A stretch of DNA of 64,000 nt, from assembly GCF_020745735.1 (NCBI RefSeq), contig NC_083437.1:30628001-30692000 (forward strand), written 5' to 3'. The notes beneath the pieces are model-generated. The model was not told the DNA's origin, searched no databases, and was given only the letters and a program-made list of their open reading frames with translations. This document shows, piece by piece, positions 23,770-36,552 of the stretch (within the stretch, counting starts at the first letter, position 1; every line of letters starts with the position of its first letter). Made by a program: the position numbers and the translations under genes. The DNA comes from Hemiscyllium ocellatum (lineage: Eukaryota).

Positions 23770-23945
23770 CTGTGCGTCCGTGGTTTATTCAGTGACAATG
23801 CTGGACTCCGGCGGAGTTACGAATTGCTGGGGAAGATTTCTCTGCTGCAGCTAGCCCTGACTGTTGCTATGCAGGTTAACAGCTATCAGCAAAGGCAGCG
23901 TGCCCGGCAAGAGTGGAAACTCCATCGCAACCTTCCATATTCGAG
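23770..23945 (+). CDS. PEX10: PEX10 coding exon 4 (176 nt)
   Basis: LCVRGLFSDNAGLRRSYELLGKISLLQL...QRQRARQEWKLHRNLPYS(R); AG/GT; frame consistent. Confidence 0.95.
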
Positions 23946-24824
23946 GTACAGATGAAATACCCTCATTAAATAATGATCAAATTCTAATTAATGTAATTAT
24001 GCTAGTTAAAGGAATCAGAAATCTTCACTATTAACATCAAGACTATATTAAAATGATTTGCCTAATATGGTGTTGAATGTTGTACCCAAAAGTAAGCATG
24101 TTTAATTCCTGGTCAGTGTGGAGTGAGCTGATCTCAGTTAAGGTGTTATGATTAAATAGAATCCTTGGATTTATCCAGCACCTTACAGCCACGGGCGATC
24201 CCACTTTTACTAGCTACTGAGGTTATTATTCTAATGTAGGAAACCTGACAGTCAATGAAAGCACAGTCTCCCAAAAACAGCAAAACCAGATAACGTATAG
24301 GATAAAACTTTGCTCTAATATCAAGGATAAGTCCTCTGCATTTTGTCCAAGCAACGCAAAGGAATAGTTTATGTCCACCTAAGAAAGTATACAAAGCCTC
24401 ATTTTAATCTTGTTTACAAGGCAGCATCCCTGACATTACTCAATGCCAGTAATAAATGAGAATGGCAACTTAGAATGTGATCAAGTTTCTATAGTTAGTC
24501 CTGAACTTACAAGCAGCTGGCCAGGAGGCAAATGCTACCCTGAGCCACAGTTAACAACTAATTGACTATAACATCCTGGATTAGAAAGGAAGAAACAACA
24601 GGGCCTGGGAACAGAGAGAATTCATATCTCAACTTTTGAAATCATGCATTGTGTTGACCACCTCCTAAAGAGGTGCAATTAGTGTGTCAAGTTTGCATAG
24701 GTAATATTCATTATAAACATGTGTAAAAGAATTTCACAAAGTGAACATAGAAGAAATATTTTCATCTGGTATTTAAAAAATATGAACAGAACCAGATTAG
24801 CAACCTATGAAGTTTACTTTATAG

Positions 24825-24957
24825 GAACCCCAGTCGGGACCATTCAGCCCGCAGCTCCAAATGCATACTTTGTCTGGAAGAACGCAGGCATTCAACAGCC
24901 ACACCATGTGGCCACCTCTTCTGCTGGGAATGCATCACGGAATGGTGCAATACAAAG
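24825..24957 (+). CDS. PEX10: PEX10 coding exon 5 (133 nt), RING finger
   Basis: [33 protein letters not shown]; AG / GTGAG. Confidence 0.97.
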
Positions 24958-25149
24958 GTGAGATGATGACAAAATGCATTTATATAGCATCATTAATGGA
25001 AAAACATCCAAAGGCGCAGTGCAGGAGCCATGTTAAAAAGATATTGACCCAAGTTATAACAGTAGAGTTTAAGGAAAGAGATGGAGGTTTCGGGTTGGGG
25101 GAGTGGTGGGGGGGAGGGGGTGCAGCTAGTGATAGATTAATGAAAATCA

Positions 25150-25415
25150 AAGAATTCCTGTGGAAGCCCTTCAGCCCATTGAGTCCACACTGACCTTTCA
25201 AAGAGCATCCCATTGCGTTACCCTATCCCTGGAACCTGCATATCCCAGGACCCTATGGGCAATTTCTCATGACCAACCCACCTAATCTGCACATCTTTGG
25301 ACAGTGGGGGGGGGAAGCCAGAGAACCCCATACAGACACAAGGAGATGTGCAAACTCCAGCACCAAGGGTGGGATAGACCCTGGGTCCCTGGCACTGTAA
25401 CGTGGCAGTGCTGCT
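25150..25415 (-). mobile_element. HE1-type V-SINE, degenerate
   Basis: V-domain and head remnants. Confidence 0.75.
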
Positions 25416-25656
25416 CCACTTATGCAAGAATCCAGAGATTGAGGAGGGTACAGATCTCATTTGTAGGGTTGATGTGGGCATTAATTTAGTGCACATCTGG
25501 GGAAAGGAGACAAACTGTTCCAAGTTATTAAAGAATACCTCCTGGCTACCATCTTTCTTAATGTGAAGAGACTTGAGCTGGTCTCAAGCAGTGTATTAAT
25601 AATTCCCCATTATTTCTGAAGAACCAACAGTTAATTTGTTTTCAATTTACTTTCAG

Positions 25657-25725
25657 GCAGAATGTCCACTTTGTCGGGAGACATTCCAGCCACACAGACT
25701 CATCTACTTGCGTCATTACATTTAG
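25657..25725 (+). CDS. PEX10: PEX10 last coding exon (69 nt including TAG); total CDS 969 nt, 322 aa
   Basis: AECPLCRETFQPHRLIYLRHYI*; completes the C3HC4 RING. Confidence 0.95.
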   Translation, partial: AECPLCRETFQPHRLIYLRHYI

Positions 25726-26782
25726 GATGAAAGAAATAGCATTTCTTTAATGCCTGTCACAACTTCAAGAGATCCCAAAGTGCTTTACAGCTAACGAAGT
25801 ACATTTGACCTGCAATTATTTAAGTTTGAAAGAAGAGGCTCAATAGATGTGTGGTTCGGAGATTTCCATCTGATTGACATTGAAGCACAACAACAAAAGA
25901 GAACAAAACAACGAAGTCAGCAGCATGTCTGCTCAAAGGAATTGTGACAAGTACGCTGAAATATTACTGCTTTCAAGATCAGATGAAAACCTTAGAGTTC
26001 AGACTGTTTGATGCCAAGTTTTATATCTGAACATGAGTTGAAGTGCTAAACCATTTTCCTTTGCCATTGTTTATCCTTCTATTCTTCGGGATATTATAAC
26101 TTTGGTCCACTTCCATTGGATGCAGCAACTGAGGAACTAACTTGTTCTGTGTACTTAAATTGTAGGAGATAACTCAACCATGGAGGATCTCCAGAGTGCT
26201 GTACTTTTTAACTGGTGAGAATGCAGGAGCTGATAAAAGTCCCCTGCTCCCTTATAGCGCTGGTTTGAATGAGATATTGTTGTCCAGGCTAGCACAAACC
26301 ACAACTGGCTCTTGCTGCTGTTGTGTATTGCTAAGTCCAGTAATGTTAAGAGTTTACAGTGTACTTACCCATACTCTGGGAAAATGACAGCCATCTAAAG
26401 TACTTTTTACAATTCAGTGGTCAGGCCAGTCACTTTATTTAATTCATTTAATTGTTTCATTTTTGTTTTCCCAGAGGAAGAGGGCTGAGAAACAGCATTA
26501 CAAATTTATTTTGTTCACCTTTATTACAAGTAAAGAAAAGTTATAACATGTGACGCAGAGTTGGGAGTTCTTAAAACCTAGCACAAGAAACATCTTTATT
26601 TAAAGAAAGGCAATTGGATGTGTATGTGGTGCTGCATAATGCAACACATCGATTTGCACAATGAGTAATGATTTGGTTTCATATAAAATTATATAAAATG
26701 CACCATTGTAAGAGCTGCTTTCTCTCTAATCTGATTTTAAAACATCAAGCACACCTACATCACACTGGGACAACACTACAGA

Positions 26783-26810
26783 AATAAAAATCTCATTAAG
26801 CTAAAATAAA
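26783..26810 (+). terminator. Candidate PEX10 polyadenylation signals (AATAAA at 26783 and 26805)
   Basis: First AATAAA hexamers I found downstream of the stop codon; usage unverified. Confidence 0.4.
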
Positions 26811-29800
26811 AACGGTAATGTTGCAGAGAACAATTTCTGTGCAGTGTTTAAATTCATCTCCAGTTACTCCCAACACCATTGGACAGATCTGTAACAACTG
26901 GTAATTTCCCCCTCATGGAGTCAAACATCCACCTGTTTATTTAAATATATCAAAAGGAGATGGGACTACTTCTAGTAAAGGATGCTGGGATTATTCCCTC
27001 AGACAGTATAAAAGGCTGCAAAGGCCCTGACTCTAAAATTCTAGTTGACATAAACATCACCTATGGGCATTGTTCACAATGTGAAGCAGCAGGTAGCCAG
27101 GGTTAATCTTAAAAAAATAAAATCTCTGTACAAGCACAACTCTGGTGAAGCTGCTTCACTAAAGAGTGGGGGGGGTGGGGGAGTGGAGTGGGTGGTTTGT
27201 AAGATCTCTCCATGTCCACCTGCTCAGCTGTGCTGCATTTACACCTTATATACTAACAGGCTGCTCTTGCCTGTGCCCTGCTGAGGTGAAAAGTTTGAAG
27301 AACAGATGCCCTCAATGGCCAGCAATCCCAATAAATGCATCACATTAAATAATTGTCAGTAAGGTGTATGTCAAATACACGATTGTTCACATCAGCATTG
27401 TAGCACACAAGGTTTCCAGCTTTGTTTTCAATGCAGTTACATCCTTGGTTCCAGAACTTATTTCTGCTTTATCCCCTCTAGTTCTTTCCCTTTAGCTCCT
27501 GAAATACTGACCCCTGCAAGTTTACAATTTAATAGGGTGCCCTTCACACAGTGGTAATTCTTCCATACAGTATCTGCACACAGTCTACACTGAAAAGTGT
27601 GACAAGAGTTTGATAAAGCATTCACAAATGCATACTTTTGGCAGAATCATTTAACTGAATAGGAACCCTCGCTATCCCTGCCTACCACCACTGCCTCGCT
27701 CCATCAACCATCCTATAACCCTGAACCAGTGACAGTGTAAAACAAACTCCTACCTCAAAAGTTAAGCAAACAGTGAACAAGTCCAGCAAGAGTTGGTATA
27801 ACCTAGCACTAGTGTTAGCACTTACTTGACATCTATTCCAATTGCATCAATTCCTGCACATCACACTCACAATGTGAATTAAATCGATATTATATACAGT
27901 AAATGCACTCCATGGCAAACAAAAATGCAAGTGGATTGTGGCGTTACCCTGGTTATGCTAGACTTACCAACTCCCAAGCTACAGCACTAGAAACTAGGAT
28001 GTCGCTTTTGTTCTGCATGTTGGGTGAACAGGATGAAAGGTGAAAGAACAATTATGTGGAAAACCTAACAAAACCTGGCAACTTAAATCTCCCTCTAGTT
28101 TAAGTATTTTAAATACAAAATTAGAATGAAAAACGGTTAAGAAAACAAAATACAGACTGGAGATACATACATCACTAAGTAATGTGAAATCAGGGGTTAC
28201 ACTAAACTATGAGAGTATTGCACTGTAGAGTATTATTTATGCTGTCAGGACACTCCCAATAATAAACAGATTGAACAGGTGTACCTTAAAATTAGATACC
28301 ACGTACTGTATCTTTCTTTGGATATGGTAAATTACATCTGGAAAGTTAAAGTTTTCTTAAGTTGGGTTAAACTGACTCATGCATCACAGGTAAAGTCAGT
28401 CTTGTTTATATATTCCATGCAGGCAACAAGACATTTTCTAAAGGGCAAGGGCTGCTACATTGTGCTGACTATTTCTTTAAAGTAACCTACAGTCTTCAAC
28501 CCTTCTGTTGAGAGGGTGAAGCTGCTATAGGTTCAAACATTTTAAACTTTGGGGTGTGATGGTGGTTGGATGGGGATCTGATTGGAGGGAGAGTTTGTTA
28601 GTGCAATTATATAAATCAGGGCATTATCACATTCGGGATGTATTCATCCACCTGGTTTGACATTATGACAGATTATTGGGCTGGAGAGCTGAAAATCACA
28701 CTGGTCAACGAATGATAAAGTGTTTTCATTTGACATCATGTTAATGTGTTGAATTGTGCTGAGGATTCATTTGGTCTCCCAGGTCTCCAGTCTTTTATCC
28801 AAAGCAGATAGGCTTTATGAGAGTCTCAACCAGCTAAGCGACCAGAGAAGTGAAGTGTTGCAGTCAATATCCATTTTTCAGCTGGGGCCCCACTGATAGC
28901 CCCCAGCTGGGGGCTGAGTGCAAATCCTGGACCACCCCCTCATGCTGCTACAATTGGCATCAGTGCAGCTCCAGTGCACAATGGGGAACTGGAGTTCCAT
29001 TTCCATAGGATAATCCAAACACAAACCTATGCACTTTCATATCTCAACCCTGTATTATATGTAATGATTTTAGCTACCCACTGTGAATCTATATTTAATA
29101 CACAAATTTTCCAATGAGGGATTTAACTGGTTTAATGTCTGCAGATCTGTTCTGGATCAGTATCCTTTGTTTGCCCTTACTGCTTCTCAGATATTGGTCT
29201 CGCTCACACTCTTATAAAACCCCCCAATCTTTCCCTCTCCCGTTCCCATTATTCATTGTAGGCTTGCTATTTACTTTAGCATGTATAGTAAAAAGAGCTC
29301 CACTGTATCTTAAAGCTACCCCCTTCCCTTACATCATGAAAACTGTTGAATTTTAACATTTGTAATTGAGGCATCTACCAGTACCTTGTAGCAATCCAAA
29401 GTTTAAAGCTCAGCATAGAGTTCAGATTGGAAACTTTTTATCAAAATTTTATTTCTTTCGCATTATTAACATCTAGCCTGATGAATTCAAAATACAATGC
29501 CATGACTCGGGACATAGATGACAATGTCCTCAAAGTTGACTCTGGGATTTAAAAGTGGGAGAGGAGGTAAGTTCGATCTCCATCTTCAAGCTATTTGGTT
29601 CCACAGCACTCAAAAGCTTCAAAAGCTGCAAGCCTGTGTTTCGGTGTTCTTGCAAATCTCTTTCCTCACACTCTCCAAATTCCTCCGATTGCTTCTCCAC
29701 AACTCTTCCAAGAGGCCACAACATAAAAACTGCGCTTCCAAAGTTTGATTTAAACCCAGAAAACATGGTAAAAAGCCATCCAATTCTCAACCATTAAATA

Positions 29801-30253
29801 CCAACTACTGATATTGTAGCATCTTAATACTGCAATTTCCTTGTCAAAAGCCTCAGTAACTTGGGGGAGTCATAGCAAGTAGTCTAATTACCCAAGTATG
29901 GAACTGATTTGATAGTTTAATTCTTTCTTTCTTTCCAGATGACAAAAAGGAGGAAGTACAGTTGAAGAAACTGGCAAAAGAAATACAATTAAAGGGAAAT
30001 TTAAATGAAGTCATCTATAAATTAAATCAAAATGGTCAGGACAAAATGTCTGCGTGTATATATATCATATTATAAACACTGTCTCTGTGCCAAAAAAATT
30101 TCAAAACTAAATCACCTTCTAAAATGTACACTTCAGAAAGGCCTGGAGCAAACATGATAATAATAGTCATGTCACGGTTGTGATTATTGTCCAATGTTTA
30201 CATGTAAAGAGGAGGGGGAGAAGATAATCCAGGAGTGCCATGCAGCACTTTTT

Positions 30254-30343
30254 CTAACTGGCAAATGCTTTCGTAGAATCCTCCTTCCCCTTGTACGTCC
30301 TTTTCCCATGTGTGAACGGTAGATATCTGTACTTGATCATGTG
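30254..30343 (-). CDS. RER1: Protein RER1 (ER retrieval receptor), last coding exon (90 nt); total CDS 591 nt, 196 aa
   Basis: HMIKYRYLPFTHGKRTYKGKEDSTKAFAS*. Confidence 0.97.
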   Translation of the reverse strand, partial: HMIKYRYLPFTHGKRTYKGKEDSTKAFAS

Positions 30344-30645
30344 CTGTTTAAAAGGGCAAAAGAAAAATTACTAAATAATAATTTCATACAATTTCATACT
30401 CAGCACTATCAACGGGAATATGGTTATCTTTCTCTCATTATGTGACCCATGGCAGTGGCTGCTGTCAGCACTTGACTTTGCAGGACATCACTGGATCTCT
30501 AGTCAGTTGATGGCATTCAGCATTGGGAGTCCAAGCTGGTTTTTTATTCCCAGAAACAGGGCTAATTACTAAGATGCAGACAGCTGTACCAAGCTCAACA
30601 AAGTCTGAGGCATTGACCAATGGCTTTCTGCCTCACGTGACCTAA

Positions 30646-32090
30646 TAGAGTCATAGAGATGTACAGCATCTTTGGTCCAACCCATTCATGCCAACCAGAT
30701 ATCCCAACCCAATCTAGTCCCACCTGCCAGCACCCGGCCCTTTTCCTTCCAAACCCTTCCTATTCATGTATCCATCCAAATGCCTTTTAAATGTTGCAAT
30801 TGTACCAGCCTCCACCACTTCCTCTGGCAGCTCAATCCATACACGTACCACCCTCTGCATGAAAACATTGCCCCTTAGGTCTCTTTTATATCTTTCCCCT
30901 CTCACCCTAAACCTCTGCCCTCTAGTTCTAGATTCCCCCACCACAGGGAATAGACTTTGTCTATTTATCCGATCCATGCCCTTCATAATTTTGTAAACCT
31001 CTATAAGGTCATCCCTCAGTGTCCAACGCTCCAGGGAAAATAGCCCCAGCTTCTTCAGCCTCTCCCTATAGCTCAAATCCTCTAACCCTGGCAACATCCT
31101 TTTCTGAACCCTTTCAAGTTTCACAATATGTTTTCGATAGGAAGGAGACCAGAATTACATGCAATATTCCAACAGTGGCCTAACCAATGTCCTGTATAGC
31201 CGCAACATGACCTCCCAACCCCTGTACTCAAGACTCTAACCAATAAAAGAAAGCATACTAAACGCCTTCTTCACTAACCTATCTCCCTGCGACTCCACTT
31301 TCAAGGAGCTATGAACCAGAACTCCAAGGTCTCTTTGTTCAGCAACACTTCCTAGGACCTTACCATTAAGTGTATAAGTCCTGCTAAGATTTGCTTTCCC
31401 AAAATGCAGCATCTCGTATTTATATGATTTAACCTCCATCTGCCACTTCTCAGCCCATTGGCCCATCTGGTCAAAATCCTGTTGTAATTTGAGGTAACCT
31501 TCGCTGTCAATTACACCTCCAATTTTGGTATCATCTGCAAACTTACTAACTGTACTTCTTATGCTCGCATCCAAATCATTTATGTAAATAACAAAAAATA
31601 GAGGACCTAGCATCGATCCTTGTGGCACTCCACTGGTCACAGGCCTCCAGTCTGAAAACCAACCCTCCACCCCCGCCTTCTCCCTTTGAACCAGTTCTGT
31701 ATTCTGTGAGATCTAACCTTGCTAACCAGTCTCCCATGGGGAACCTTGTCGAAAGCCTTACTGAAGTCCATATAGATCACATCTGCCGCTCTGCCCTCAT
31801 CAATCCTCTGTTACTTCTTCAAAAAACTCAATCAAGTTTGAGAGACATGGTTCCTCATGCACAAAGCCATGTTGACTATCCTGAATCATTCCCTGCCTTT
31901 CCAAGTACATGTACATTCTGTCCCTTAGGATTCCATCCAACAACATGCCCACCACCGACATCAGGCTCACTGGTCTATAGTTCCCTGGCTTGTCCTTACT
32001 ACCCTTCTTAAACAGTGGCACCACGTTTGCCAACCTCCAGTCTTCCAATACCTCACCTGTGACTATCGATAATACAAATAATCTTTGACC
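30646..32090 (-). mobile_element. 5'-truncated CR1 in the last RER1 intron
   Basis: NYRPVSL, SGVPQGS, FADD and FKRHLD peptides; (GACTCTAT) tail. Confidence 0.95.
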
Positions 32091-32446
32091 CAACAACATG
32101 ACTCAAAGCCAACAGTACATTTATGCTGAATTGTTAGTGTTTCTTTTATTGCCGACGTGGAGCTATTTGAAAATATTTCAATTATTTGAATTGGGACCTG
32201 CACAACCTACAGCTTGGGATTTCTTCCACCCAAGCTGTTCAGTAACCAGTGACATAGTTATTGGTGTGCATCGCAGAACAGCATTAAAAAACTGCCACTG
32301 ACATCAATTTTGCCAAGAAAGATGTTGGAACCCTTATGAAGTACAGGTTTCACACTCTGCTCATTACTATGTTGCTTAGAGTGATAGATTTAAGGTTAGG
32401 TTTGAATTATATATCTTTGTTCTATCTGTAAATCGATTGGATTTAC

Positions 32447-32582
32447 CTTAATCTGCCTCTTCATGGTAATGCAGAATAGCATAATGAAGTACATGACCAA
32501 GATTGGCCAGAAAACAGGTACATTGAAGGCATCGAAAAATGTGCAAACCATGGCTACTATTATTCCTTTTGTGGCCGAGTGC
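32447..32582 (-). CDS. RER1: RER1 coding exon 5 (136 nt)
   Basis: HSATKGIIVAMVCTFFDAFNVPVFWPILVMYFIMLFCITMKRQIK; AG/GT. Confidence 0.97.
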
Positions 32583-33806
32583 CTGAAAGCAAATATAGAC
32601 AAAAAAAGGTCAGTTATCATGTTTCATTCGCCATTTTCACCCCATAAAATCTTTTCAGCACAATGACTGTTTGGCTGGTACAGATTTAGATAAACCAATC
32701 AACCTCCAAATCGCTATTCTGTATGCGTAAATCTAGGTAGCAAGTGTCAGTAAACTTTTTGACCACAAGGGAAATCCTCGCCACACATGAATCTTCTCGC
32801 TTCCAATATACAAGCATGTCCACGACTCACTGGAAATTCAGCAAAATCCAGCATCTTAACTAATTATTTTTCGCCCCTCATCAATGAGTACTTGGATTGA
32901 CGCAGTGCTGTCACTACTATCTCAGCTGAGGTCACGATTTCAGATTGGGCTGAGAAAATCAAACCCAAGACCTACCAAGCAGCATGGATTAACTACTTTC
33001 TACTTTCAATAATTAAATCGCTGTAAATCAGAGCAGAGTTGGCCAAGAGGAAATCAGATAGAGGAGTTAAACATCTTGAAGTGACTTGGATCGAGTAGGT
33101 AGAGAAAATCTACTCCCAGTGGTGGAAGGTTCTAGAATCAGAGAATGCAGACTCATGATGGCTGGTAAATGAACCAAAGGCATCATGAGAAAAAAGTTTT
33201 CCTTTAAAATAAAGGAAATGATTAGAGTCTAAAAAAGTGGTGAAGCAGATTAGGTCATGGCCTTCAAAAAGCAATTTACAATGTATTTGATGGAAAATTT
33301 ATTGCAGGGCTGCAGAGAGAGCGAGCTTGAACACACTGAATTGGGAGACCTTCTTGTGGTGCAAAAGTATCTTCGAATCTCTACAGTGTGGAAACCTGAT
33401 CCTTGAAGCGGGAGGCCCCGGCTCAAGTCCCACACACCCCAGAGGTATGTAATAACATCTCTGAACAGGAAAATAGGTCAATTTTTTTTTTAAAAAAAGG
33501 ATTAATTGGCTGAATTGTCTGTGCTCCAACCATTCCAGGACATTATTAAAGCTATCAGTAGGAATGCCAGAGGGCAACTGCACAGTTAAGTTCAATCTTC
33601 AGCAAACTGACTGTAAATCTAAGAGGGTTATCTCGACAAGAACTCTTTCTTTCCCAGTATCATCTCCATCAATCCTAGCTTCCACTGCCAAAACCTTATA
33701 TTTTATTTAAAATCCAAGCTTAATATTATTCTTGATTGCAGCATTCTTTCATAATTTTAGTGTTTAAGTGCAAAATCTAATGCCTGGCTCTAATGAAGTA
33801 GAAGGG

Positions 33807-33834
33807 CTGATGAAGGGCTTATGCCCGAAACGTC
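33807..33834 (+). ncRNA. Minimal hammerhead core in a family A mini-element (33801-33897)
   Basis: CUGAUGA-A-GGGC-UUAU-GCCC-GAAA-C-GUC; element bounded by a perfect GCTCTAATGAAGTA duplication (33787-33800 / 33895-33908). Confidence 0.7.
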
Positions 33835-34708
33835 GAATTTCCTGTTCCTTGGATGCTGCCTGACCTGCTGCGCTTTTCCAGCAACACATTTTCAGCTCTA
33901 ATGAAGTACCACAGCTGCATTGAAAGTCCATCTGATTAAGACTCATTAAACTAAGAACTCTATTTGACTCCGGATAATATTCAAGACGACGCTAAATTCC
34001 TACTGTGCCTGTTTAACAGCAAAGACTAATCCATGTGTCCTGGCACAACATTCCTTTCAGATGACATCACCAAAATAGAATTAATTGATATTTCATCTTA
34101 TTACTATTAATGGAATCTTACTATGCAAAATGTCTGCACTCTCGATCCCACAAAACAGTCACTCCACTTAAAATGTAATTGGCTGATATCTCTGAAATAC
34201 ACCTCCTGACGATAAGCTAATATAAAATTAATCTTTTTAGAAAGGTTCCTGGGTCGTTCAGCAGCACCTTTGAAAGAAATTTATTATAAAAGATCTGCTT
34301 ATTTTTCCTGGAAACGTTAATGGTGGAAATTTAAGTTTAGCTGATGGAGTTTTTTTTTAAGTTTTGATTCTCAATTGGCCACAAGAAGCACTTTTAGATG
34401 GTGATTTAGATGGATTCAGCTGACCTCTAAATTCTTCACGAAATTTATGTTGTGTGATGATCACTTTTTTGTGTTTTTCTCCTTCCCATTGACACCTCCA
34501 CCTTTCTGAGAGATTGCTGTAGCTCTGATATAATTCTGCATCAAGTCATTGAATAGAAGGCAATCCTGATCAAATTACCCATTACAATATACTTTGTGGT
34601 TCCAGGAGATGCTTCTGGTGAACATGATGTTAAATATATAAAAGGAAGAAGAGCGAGATAATTAGTGCTTTGTAACAGATTTCCATTGTCCTCCCATCTC
34701 CTAATGAT

Positions 34709-34898
34709 GATGTGGAGGAGCCGGTGTTGGACTGGGGTGGACAAGGTCAGACGTCAGACAACACCAGGTATAGTCCAACAGGTTCATGTGAAACCACGAG
34801 CTTTCACCTGATGAAGGGGCAATGCTCCACAAGCTTGGGATTTCAAATAAACTTGTTGGACTATAACCTAGTGTCGTTTGACTTTTGACCTTCTCCAA
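34709..34898. mobile_element. Foldback mini-element, family B
   Basis: Same arms as 6325-6538; CTGATGAAGGGGCAATGCTCC at 34808. Confidence 0.7.
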
Positions 34899-36017
34899 CT
34901 TGGCTGCCTAGGCCCTGGATCTAGGAAATATACATTAAGTATTGGTTAGATAGTTGGTGAGGAGACAATGCCAGTTGAATAACCATCTTTCCCACCTCTC
35001 ATTCTTTCAAACATGGATATTAGCTTTGCAGAAGACAACGGCCAGCATTCTCCAGTCGTCATCATTTGAATATACTGTGAAAGAAACCTTGCATTTACAC
35101 ACCCATCAAGAAACATTTAAGTAACTTCTTATATAATGAAAGCTGAAGATTAGATGCTGGAAATCTGAAACAAACACAGAACATACTGGAGAAACTCAGC
35201 AGATTTGGCAGTATCCCTGGAGAGTTGAAAACAGTTAATATTTCAAGTCCATATTTAGACCTTTTTGAATCATATGACAATTCTTCAGAACAGATATAAT
35301 GAACTATTTTGAGATGGGAGACTGCTGTTGTATGGACAAACACAGCAACCATTTTACACTTAGGTCTTATTTTCAGTAGGTCAGGTTGAGATGATCTTCG
35401 GAGGGTTGGTGCGGACTTGATAGGCCAAATGGTTGCTTCCACACTGCAGGGATTCTATGATATAAATTCCCTACTGCTGTCCAGTCTCCTTCATCCTCTA
35501 AAGCAATAGTGTCAGGCTGAACCTCATGTGCAGATCTTAAACTATGGAATTCTCTTCCGAAATCCCTCTGTCTCCTCCTCTTCAATAATTAACTGAGCCA
35601 GACTTTTGGTCACAGTTGGTAATTATTTTAAACTGCAAAATGGCACTTTCTTCCTGTGCAAAGTAATCAGAAATCTTTTTGTGGGCATATCAAACTACAT
35701 CCAGTACTATCACCTCACTTGCCATTATAAACAGAACGGGTCAGTTAAGTGTGTCAGCGTGCTTAAATTACAAATGCAGAACATCATGACACAAGCAGAG
35801 CGCTGTACATCTCTGGTTAACTGTCAAAAGTCAGGCACTGCACGTTCAAAATAAATCTAATAACTCCATCACGCTTGATCCATGTTCTTTTGTCAACTCA
35901 CTCGCAGCAGTGAAAAAAGCAAGCTCCAGATACCATGGAGGAGGGGTTTGCATTACAGAGTTTTGAATTTCATGGTGCAGTCACAGTGAAGGATGATCCA
36001 GTCTCCAAATGACTTAC

Positions 36018-36096
36018 CAGAACTTGAACTCTGGCAGCCTTCTTATAAATGGTCTAAATTCCTCATTTTGCTTTGTTGGCAAAGCAGGTCCATCAT
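36018..36096 (-). CDS. RER1: RER1 coding exon 4 (79 nt)
   Basis: (D)[25 protein letters not shown](W); signature RER1 motif; AG / GTAAG. Confidence 0.97.
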
Positions 36097-36365
36097 CTGG
36101 GAAAGAGAGAGGAGTAACATTAATACTTATCAACAGTCACAACATAGTAGTCTCACACAAAGAAAGAACTTTGTCTTACAGTCTTAACTTTAACACACAT
36201 CGCACTTTCACAACCTCAGAAGGTCACAAAATGCCAATGAGGTATTTTTGAAGTGTAGTCACCATTTTACTATAGGGAACACTGTAGCGGAGTTGTGCAC
36301 AGCAAGATCCCACAAAGTGAAATTCAGACACTGACCCTGTCTCCTTGACACCACTGGTTCTTGTA

Positions 36366-36552
36366 GGAGAAAGTGAGGACTGCAGATGCTGGAGATCAGA
36401 GTTGAGAGTGTGGTGCTGGAAAAGCACAGAAGAGCACAGAATTTTGATATTTTGGGCAAAAGCCCTTCTTCAGGCGTTATGCCTGAAACGTCGATACTCC
36501 TGCTCCTTGGATGCTGCCTGACATGCTGTGCTTTTCCAGCACCACACTCTTG
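36366..36552. mobile_element. Family A foldback mini-element
   Basis: Inverted arms; imperfect flanking duplication ACCAC...TTCTTGT. Confidence 0.8.

Noticed and set aside
29530-29790. 86-aa minus-strand ORF downstream of the RER1 stop
   Set aside because: No recognisable homology or convincing splice context; probably 3' UTR.
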